Positions 54,265 to 64,000 of a stretch of 64,000 nt of DNA are shown in pieces (position 1 is the stretch's first letter; each line of letters begins with the position of its first letter). The notes beneath the pieces are model-generated. The model saw only the letters and a list, made by a program, of their open reading frames with translations, was not told where the DNA came from and searched no databases. Source of the DNA: Phyllosticta citribraziliensis (Eukaryota). The stretch spans positions 496,001 through 560,000 of the forward strand of contig NW_027117347.1 of the NCBI RefSeq assembly GCF_038025025.1, given 5' to 3'. Position numbers and translations under genes: made by a program.

Positions 54265-55384
54265 GGTCTATGTACGGGGAGGGGGCCGGCGCGTAACAAT
54301 GGCAATAAGATGAGGTCGCCCAGGACGCAAGTGAATTGTGCCTGGGTCAAGGAGGATACATGAATGATCTGCAAGAGTTAGCCACAGCTCCGGGCAGCGG
54401 GCGCGTAGGTGATGGTGTGAAGCGGCGCGCAAGAAGCCAGGCTCGCCAGCAGGTGTCGAGTCATCATGGCGAGGGATTCGAATGGCAGCAGGGCAGCAAA
54501 AGCAGCTTCGGGAGAGGCAGAGAGACGTACCAGAGGGTTGGGCAATGATTCGGCGCGTCCAGAGGGCAGGCTGGGCGGAGTGGCCTGTTTGGCTGGCAGC
54601 CAGAGAGAAATGCCGAGGGCGACGGGCGGAGCGTGGAGGTCGGAATGTGCCCAGCGAGAGCGGACTCGTCGGGAGGAGGGCCGGGAGGAGCTCGACAGAC
54701 TCCGCCCCTGGCACGACGGGAGGCGGGGGATCGGGTTATGGGGAGTGGTCGACGGTCGACGGTGGGCTGGAGCTGGCAATGCGCGGCGGTTGTGTCTGCT
54801 GCGTGTCGCTGCTGTCGCATCTAAGGCCAAGGCCGCTGCTGCTGACTGGACTGGCCCTGGCCTGGTCCACTGAGGTCCACACCACCACCACGCCAAGCCC
54901 GCTAGCTGACGACCACAACAACATCAGGTCGCCTCTCGTTGAACTCGACTTTTATTATTCAAAGCAATTAAAAACCTTTACCTATCGTGCTGCTGGTGGA
55001 AGACACGCGATCCCGGCGACCCAGATATCATCTCATCCATCACCCCGCAAATGCTACTCAAACACTCTCCCTCTCCCCCCCATAACATAGGTGGTCGGAA
55101 TTTGATACCACGCGATTTTCGTCTTCCTGGCGCCCTGCAGTCCAACATGAATAAGAGAAGCACAGAAGAGAAAAAGATGTAGGAGAGGGCACGAGTCTGG
55201 CCTCGTACGGCATGCCTCCCAACCAACCCACCGTCCATGAACCAGCAGCACGCCACGCCATTCGGTTCTTGGCCTGTTCGTGTGCCAGCCGGCCATGTCC
55301 CAAAATTTTGCGCTCAAGGCAAAGGAACGCCCGACCAATGGTGGGCGCAATGTAAACTCAGTAGGCCGTCACGAGAGAGAAGGC

Positions 55385-56626
55385 TTAAAGCAGGGAATCA
55401 AGTCTGGTGAAAACACTCAAGCAAGCAGCGACGACCTGCAACATGTCAGCCTTCTTCACCCTGGGCGTCACCTGGCAACCTTACCTCTAGCTGGAGCTCT
55501 TTGTCCTTTGCGTTGTTTATTTCGTCCTGCACAACTTGGCCCAAATTGGCCCCCACACCTCCCGAGCCACCCGCTCGTCGAGCGAATGGGTACTGTGAGT
55601 ATTCGGCGAGAAGCTCGTCGACTTGTGCGAATGCCCGCTCTCGAGCCTCGTGGCCCAGCGTGGAAAGCGCATTCTCCAAAACATTGGCCGCGTATGCAGC
55701 GCAAACCATGGCAATTGTGCGCAAGTATCTAAACTCCATTTCTTCGGGGAGGAACTGGCTCGCGGGGAGGACAACGGTGCGGCTGGTCAATAGAGTCCTG
55801 ACCCGGCGCCTGATTTCGTCTTTTGCGCCGCTATCGGCGACGGGGTGGGTGGCCATGTCGAAGAGCAAGAAGTTGCGCTTCTCTGTCCGAAGGATGCCCT
55901 TGTCCACGAGGCCCTTGGCAAGGCGCTCGCGGACTTGCTTGAGTTGGTAGCCAATCTTCATGAGATTCCACGTCTCGCCTGCAAAGGAAAGGTTGCCTGG
56001 TATTAGCAATTGTTGCGAACGGGCAGGACAGCAGCAGTGCTCACCGCTCATGAGGTCAATCCAGGATGCGACGCTCATCTTCTCGCTCGACTTCATCATT
56101 TTGAGGGCTTCGTCCAGCAAAACTTCTCCGGTGAGGGTGTCGTCTATGACTTCAATGACGCGCTCGGCGAGGGGAAAGCGCCGTCTTGACGAGTCCTTTT
56201 GCATGCTTACGCGTCCCCTGAAGGCGAGCTCTATGACGATGCATCCGCGGAGAGCGTACGAGATGTTGTCGTTCCAGAAGGAGAGGTAGCCCTGGTCAAA
56301 GTCGACAGGTGTCAGTTTGGTTGCGTTCCCCTGCGGCAGCGTCACTGGCGTTTGCCCACCTGCTTGTCCTTGAGGCCCATGAGCAGCACCTCCTCCATGA
56401 GCGTCAGCTTGGGCTGCTTGAGCCGCTCGGCGCTCTCGCTAATGTCGCGGGGGTCAAAGGCGATCTTGTGGCCATTTTCGGTGCTCTCGTAGGACGTCTC
56501 TGGGCCGCGGGAGTCGTCGTTGCGCCGCGGCGCGGGCGAGGCCACACGGCTGCTGTCGTCGTTGTCGCCGTTGGCTGCCACACCTCCGCCCCGGCGGCGC
56601 GTCAAGCCTGAAGCTGAGGAGGCCAT
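55385..56626 (-). CDS. VPS74: Golgi PI4P-binding protein Vps74/GOLPH3
   Basis: GLTRRR N-terminus, KLTLMEEVLLMGLKDKQ|GYLSFWNDNISYALRG, NFLLFDMATHP; 3 introns. Confidence 0.95.
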
Positions 56627-57133
56627 CCGCTGCGGAACTGGAAGTGCGTGGGTGTGTTGAGAGTGAGGTCGGCGCTTCCCTGCACAGGGATGGTGAGCGG
56701 GATTCGGGCGGGCAGCGTCGGTATGCGTAATCTGCCCTCAGGAGGGGCGACGACGGTATTGGAGGCGGCGGACGATGCTAATTTTTCGAGAGTCGCGCAA
56801 TGGGATCTGGGGTAGAAGTAGTGCGTGCTTGGCGCGCCTCCAGCATGGGGAGTCTGTTGAGTGTCTGTTGGCTGGTGCATAACACCTCACTGTACCGTGG
56901 TTTCGATTCAGGCCTTGGCACCACCTCCATCACCGCCTACGGTACGGCTCTGCGGGCAACGTTTCACATGGCACTTTTCAATCATTTGCAGGGGATTCCT
57001 ATGTTTTCTATACCCATCGTACATTCGCTTGCTTAGAAAGTCCAGGACCAGTGCTTTTGTTCATGCACAAATCCTCCCCGCTACCTCTCCATGGCCCGTC
57101 TCCCCAATCCAACTCGACCATCATGACGTGCAT

Positions 57134-57782
57134 TTATTTGGCTGTGTGCGAGTCAGCTTCTGTGGTCCATCTCTAGCACAACCAGCGGAGACTTACCATC
57201 GGGCTGGCTCAGAATGTACTCCACGGCTTGGTCCACTGCTCGTAGTTAGTCAAACGAACCACGGTCCAATTCCAATCCCTTTGCTGCGTACCGCTGTGGA
57301 TCTTGTCGGCTTCCTTGTCGGGTATCTCAATGCTAAACTCCTCCTCAATGGCCATGACCACCTCCACGGTGTCGAGGCTGTCCAGGCCCAGGTCGTTCAA
57401 GAAATGTGCCTTGGGGTTGAGCTGCGTATGATCAGCATGGGCGCGCGACCGCACTGGGTCGGGTCTCGTTTACCTTGGAGACATCCTGGACCTGAAGGCG
57501 ACGAGTTAGCGTCTATCCAAGATGGGGCGTGGCGGCTCCATCTGGCGCAAATACCTTGTCAAAGTTCTTCAGCAGGTCGAGTATCCTGCCCTCAATCTCG
57601 TTGCTGTTGAGGGCGCCGCCGGCAGAGTAGAATCTGATGGCCTGGAACGAAGCGGCGGCGGGAGCAGCCTGTCTCGACTGGGCGAGCATCGCAGGAACAG
57701 CCGGGCGGGCAATTGGCGCGTTGAAGCGGGCGACGGAGCTGGCAGCACCGCGGACGGAGCGGAGGAGAGCGGTTCTGAACAT
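57134..57782 (-). CDS. ACP1: Mitochondrial acyl carrier protein (complex I subunit NDUFAB1/SDAP)
   Basis: Mitochondrial presequence; [20 protein letters not shown] phosphopantetheine site; 5 exons including an 18-nt exon at 57474-57491. Confidence 0.95.
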
Positions 57783-58251
57783 GACGGGCGTTGTTTGGGT
57801 TGAATGGACGAGATGGAGGCGGGTGGTGGTGTTCTTGGTAAAATCGTCTACGCCGGCTGAGAGCTTCGATTCCGACTGCGAGCTATATCACGTGCCCGGC
57901 CCGGGCTCTCATGCCTCCCTCCTCGTCCGGGCGCGCGCGGGCCAAGTCGTTGCTCCACGTCGTTCGACTTGGGTTGGACTCCAGTTTGTCTGGGGACGCT
58001 GCTCGTCACGGCCCACAGTCGATTATTGGAAAAGAACCATCAGCCATTGTCCACCGGAAACTAGACGACCTCGTCAACACCACGATTCTCCGCTGCGCCA
58101 ACGTGCTCCATCCAGTCGGCCACCGTTAGTTGACAGCGATCTTCCGGGGTAGCAACACCAGCCAATCACAACGCCCGCTATCAAATACCATACGCCACTT
58201 CCGACTCCCTCCACACCGTACCTCAGTCCCTCCACCATCACATCCCCCACA
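57783..58251. promoter_or_regulatory. Putative bidirectional promoter between ACP and TYKY genes
   Basis: 469 bp between divergent ATGs; CCAAT at 58162 (+), ATTGG at 58025, TCACGTG at 57888. Confidence 0.55.
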
Positions 58252-59129
<878 letters not shown>

Positions 59130-60026
59130 AGGACCTGACGATTAGAACTTGGGGACGGCGTGGCGGGTGTACATAGAGTGTAACATCGACGCCCGACGCA
59201 CGGCATGGCGTTTCTTCTTTCGTAGGCTTCCCTTATTTCTCTCCTCTAGAAATACCCTCTTTTTTGCACATTGTGGACGTCGTGGCCATCTGGCGAGTCA
59301 GCATGGCCTTTTGGCTGTTGGCGTCGGAGCAGGTGTGGCTTACCATGTTCTGAGTGATTGGCAAACACTAAACGAGACATTGACCGTGAGGATAGGAAGG
59401 ATGCATGTGGGGTGATGAGAAGGACTACGAGTCACGGCTATCCCCAGGCGCCTACCTACTATGCGTTTTGTCCTGCAAAATAGAACAGTCAGGAGAAGAA
59501 TACGAAAGAACAAATTTTGCAATACAGGAAGATGGAACGAACCTTGGACTTGCATGAATGCTCCCTGTGGCCCTTACACTGTTGATTATCAACCTACATC
59601 AGGTAGGCAGACAACGACGAGGCATCGACGCACCACCGAGAAGAATCCAGGAGGTCAACAAGTTGAATCCATTACTACGCTGAGCCCAACTACCAACCTC
59701 TAAGCCCGTCTTTTCTCTCTTCCGTCTTTCGTTCTCGGTCTGGCCGCAAGGCCCTAACCAGGAAGGAGTCTTCTCCCCTCATAAAGAAACGATATGCCAT
59801 GGATGATGCGTCGAGAGGAAGATGGGAGGAGAACACAGAGAGAGAGAACTTTTGCATGTGCCGCGCCGCTTGTAAACGCCCTAACACCTATGCCGTCGCC
59901 GTCGCCGTGTTTTTGAGAGAACGATTGATGGAACTTGCCAACGGACTTCGATTGCAAGAGGAAGTCTGCCAACAACACTGCCGACCACCACTGCCACCAC
60001 TACCGCCTTCATCACCAAGCACCGCC

Positions 60027-61780
60027 TCATTTGGTCTTGCTCCTGAAGCTGCCCTCAAAGCCCGGCCTACTCTTCTTCTTGCTGGCAGCGGCCTTGGACT
60101 TGTTGACCTTCTTGCCAGGCTTGGTGCCCTTCGTCTCGCGGCGCTTCTGCAGGTTGTCCTCGCGCTTCTTCTGGCGGGCGTACTTGGCCTTCTCGACGCC
60201 CTCGGTGCGCTCGCCCCACTCCTTCTCCGACTTCTTCTTCTGCTTGTCCTTGCGCTTGAGCGTCTTCTTGAGCAGGTTCGTGTCGTCGCGCACCTTTTCG
60301 CCGTGCACCTTCTTCTTGGCGCTCAGCCACCGCTCCTTTTCCTCAATCTCCTTGCGCTTCTCCTCGTCCATGGATGCCAGCCGCTCCTGCTTCTTTTGCG
60401 CGTGGATCAGCGCCGTCTTGGGGTCCATGCGCCCCTTTTTGGCCGTCACGTCGATGAGGTTGGTGCCCAGCAAGTCCGTCTGCTGGCCGTCGTCAAAGGC
60501 GATGCGGCCGAAGGAAAAGTTGTTTTCCTGCTCGCGGGGAGAGAAGATGTCGGGCGTGCCTGGGGAGCCAGAGCCGCGGAGCCGTGCCAATTCGGCCTCG
60601 GTCTTTTTCCGCTGCTCGTCCTCCTTTGCTTGCTTGCGCACTTCCTTCTTACGTTGACGACGCTCCTCTTCCTTGCGCCTTCTCGACTCCATGAGCTCCT
60701 GGCGGTTGCGGGCCGGCTTGCCGTCGATGCCGTCGGCCTTGCGCGCAGCACGGAGGGCCTCGATCCTCGCCTTTAGGCGTTCCTGAAGCACGTCCGCGTC
60801 CACATCAGGCAGCTTGAGCTTTGAAGACTTTTCCGGCTTCTCTGCTTGCTGTGACTTGTCCGAAGTGTCTGCGGGAGGGACAATCGAGGATGAGGAGGAT
60901 GCGGAGGGGATGGCAGATGAGGCAGGAGATTCGGGGGCGGGCGAGGCAGAAGCGGCAGACTCGGATTCGCCGTCACTGTCGCTGGCGTTGGTGTCGTCGT
61001 CGTCATCGTCGACCAAGCCGCTAACGTCCAATGCTTCGATTTCATCGTCACCAGAGTCGGAGTCGGAGGCGTCCTCTTCTGGTGCAGCCGCCTCAGTGGT
61101 CGGCTTCGGGGCGTCCGGCACTTCCTCTTCAGCAGACTCTTCACTCTCGGGATTGGGAGCGTCCACACAGACAGCCTGCTCGCGGGCAGCTTTTCTCGCC
61201 TCGGCCTTCTCCTTTTGCTTTTGCTTTTTCTTCTCCCTGCGCTCTTGAATCTGCTTCTGCCTTTCCTCTCGCTTTTGTTGGGCTGCCTCTTCATCCTCGT
61301 CTTCCTCTTCGTCGTCGGATTGGTGTCGCGCAGCCTTCTCGAGCTTCTGGCGCTTGGATTCCTTGAGCTTCAGACCTTGGTGAGGCAGTTCCTTGCCGGG
61401 GGCGCCGAGGTCGGACAGATCATCGTCGTCTCGGCCTTCGAGTTGGCGCTTGCGCTTGCGCTCATTCTCGTCCATGACATCTTTGGCGGTCTGAATGTTT
61501 TCGGGGTCCAGCTTTGCCTTCTTGGCAGCTTTCTTTTCGGCCTTGGTCTGCTTTTTGCGGCGCCACTGGTCCTGATGTGTGTCTCAGCATGGTGGTGGTG
61601 AGGAGCGGCAGAGGACAACGTACGCTCGTGTCTTGGCCGTAGTAGTTCTTTGCGGGGATGAGGGACATGAGGCCCTCGAACGCTTGGGCATGGCTCTTGA
61701 GACGTTCCTGGGGAGAGTGTTAGGGAAGGGCGGCGAGAGATGGGCAGGTGAGAGGAACAAACCTCGAGATCGTCGGCCAT
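60027..61780 (-). CDS. RRP14: Ribosome biogenesis protein Rrp14/SURF6
   Basis: N-terminal MADDLE|ERL..HAQAFEGLMSLIPAKNYY, L.ARIEALRAARKAD, C-terminal GEKVRDD..LLKK...RPGFEG; 2 short introns near the 5' end. Confidence 0.9.
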
Positions 61781-62387
61781 GGTGAGTGAGGGGGTGTTGG
61801 ACGCGGATGGCCGGCCGAAAGTAGAGGAGTGCAAAAGAGAGAGACAGGGTTTGGGAGGGCTTCACAATTCTGCTGCGAAATCTTGGCGCGGGCGGGTCCA
61901 ACAGCAGAGAAGGCGGAATGGAAAATCCCAAGTGGAGGCCGTGCACGGACCGGTCCGATTACCTTCCAGTTCCTCTCTCACCTCACAGTGACGGGACGGA
62001 CTCGACCAGACTGCAGGGCATTGTGCCTGCCAACAACACGACTCCTGGCTAGGCCGCCGGTCCAGCCCTGCCATGGGGGCCCTCTTCCATCCGGCCTTGC
62101 CTCTGTTTCCATCACCGCATCACGAACTGACCCACAGCCAAACACCACCTTTGCTGTCGCTAAGCGGCTCTCCCGCCACGCCTTTTCGCTGCCTCAGCCT
62201 CCTCCGCTGCGTGTGTGTGCCACATCTACTCATCTGGCCAAGTGCACCGCCCGCCAGCCCGCACAGTCTGCCCTCTGATCTGTGACGTCGAGCCATCCTG
62301 ATTGCTCAAATAATTCAGCCCTGCGTGACGTTGAACCCTCTCTCAGGTCCATTCTGTTCTCTCCTTCTTTCTCCTACCGTTCCGACC

Positions 62388-64000
62388 ATGACGGGCGCCA
62401 TCGAGGCCAAATCCTTGTCTTCGCTAACCACGCTCGCTTCCAACCCTCCGCGCTATCCCAGGAATCCTACTCATGAGAAGCATGACCCCGTGGTCCTGTA
62501 CATTGCGAGGGTCCCAGGTAGCAGAGGCGAGTGCTTTTCCAAATCTGCCAAACTCTCGTTGCCTGTGCACAGGGGCTGACATTCCTCAGATGTCTTTCTG
62601 TCCCCCATGAAGCCTCGCCAAAAAGTTGTGACTGCCGAAGATGTTCAGAGCTGCCTGTACTATTTGCATTTGGACCGTCCCGAGGATGACGACTTGAAGA
62701 AGGAAGCTACTTCGGAATATGGAGGAAGCTCGTCGTCGCCCCTTGAAGAGCGTCCCATCAACGAACAGCCACCCATCGCTCGAAAACCGCTGCCTGTCAC
62801 GCCAGCGTCCTCTGCTCCTCTGCCAACTCCATCGAATTCGGTGCGGAGGAAGCCTTTGGGTCCACCCCCTGCCTTGTCCGTAACAACGCAAATGGGAAAC
62901 CTACCGAATCTCCCGAACCTTCCCCCAAGGCAAATTCCGCATGCTTTGACCCCTGGCCGGCCTCACCACCAACGAGGGCGATCAAATGACCCTTCGGTTC
63001 GACGTCAAGAGAACATTGCTCCAGGCGACGAAAACCGCAGATGGTCCGCTGCACCGTATCCAGAATCGCCAAATTTCGACATCTCCCGGCCGCTGCCTCA
63101 TAGGCCCCGGGACCAGTCAGCCGCCAACTCCAACCTTTCCGAATCGACTTATCCCTCCGGACGTCCAAGTTTATCACAGTTTGATCCTGCTCCATCATCA
63201 CCTGCCACTTCTCAAAGTTCGACCGATGAAGGCACCTCCTTGACGCTGATACGACGGGATCCAGCTTCGGGCGCTCAGTGGAACGTTGGCAAAATTCGTG
63301 ACCCACCCAGCTTCAACTTGTCCTCCGAAAATTTCGACAGGTCAACTCAAGAGCAGCGAACGATCCGGAAGCCTGGTGCGCCTCTCTACATCGAAATCAA
63401 CAATCCCGGCTACACAAAATTCCTTCATTCCGACATGGCGGCACCAATGTCACCTCGTAGAAGCGAAGATACCGTGCGATCTTCCAGAAGCTCCTTTAAC
63501 CCACCTCAAGGAGCTTCTTACGCTCCCGTAGATACTGCATTCAGGCGACGAATATGGTTCGAAGGATCTAGATACGTCGCCGACTACTTTGGCCACAAAA
63601 AGTCCATGTCCAATGACTCTGGAAGAAATCTTGGGGTTCCTGGGCAGATAACCCCGACAAGTCCCCATTCACCTATTCTGCCTGACGACTCGGGCTTTCA
63701 CGAAGCTCGTCGACGGCTCGATATCCCGGCCCAGGAGAAAAAGTCTGGCTACAGAGGACCTGTATTCGAAAGCCCTTGGCGTGGAAGATGCGAGTTCATC
63801 ACCGGCGGTGCTGGTGATTCTTTAAGGGTAAGCCAGCAGCGTAGAGATTTTGTTGTTCTCAATTCTAATCCAGCACAGTGTCGACATATCCTGCCCGTTA
63901 GCAACAACGTACAAGTCCCAGAACCAGTCTCGGTTAGCGAGCTAAGATTCAACCTGCCGAGTCTACCAAGCGCCCAAACCGACGACCGAGTGTCCAAACG
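62388..64000 (+). CDS. Fungal hypothetical protein, 3' end outside the window
   Basis: MTGAIEAKSLSSLTTLASNPPRYPRNP..LYIARVPGSR|DVFLSPMKP..AEDVQSCLYYLH; intron at ~62528-62589; long Pro/Ser-rich exon; further intron near 63828. Confidence 0.75.

Noticed and set aside
59799..60776. Leu-rich 325-aa + strand ORF that looks membrane-like
   Set aside because: Reverse complement of the Lys/Glu-rich RRP14 coding sequence

Overview
Fungal (Pezizomycotina, possibly Dothideomycete) nuclear DNA. GC-balanced, intron-containing genes flank a ~17.9 kb extremely AT-rich block (13949-31877) heavily mutated by RIP (repeat-induced point mutation). The block resolves into two nested Ty3/gypsy-type LTR elements. 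The outer + strand element has 137-bp LTRs and gag-protease, integrase and a large extra ORF, but no recognisable RT/RNase H. The inner - strand chromovirus has 403-bp LTRs, a TAAGC target-site duplication, complete gag-PR-RT-RH-IN-chromo remnants and a possible antisense intron-containing gene. The block ends 170 bp upstream of a CYP65-like P450. Host genes: alpha/beta hydrolase, a hypothetical protein, DAL5-like permease, P450, SCJ1-type ER DnaJ, TNA1-like MFS, PTR2, EI24/RRT8-like protein, MCH-type MFS, PEP4, a small membrane protein, SNF5, VPS74, a divergent mitochondrial ACP / complex I TYKY pair, RRP14/SURF6 and a hypothetical protein cut off by the window end. Splice boundaries and de-RIPed translations were read by eye and not computed.
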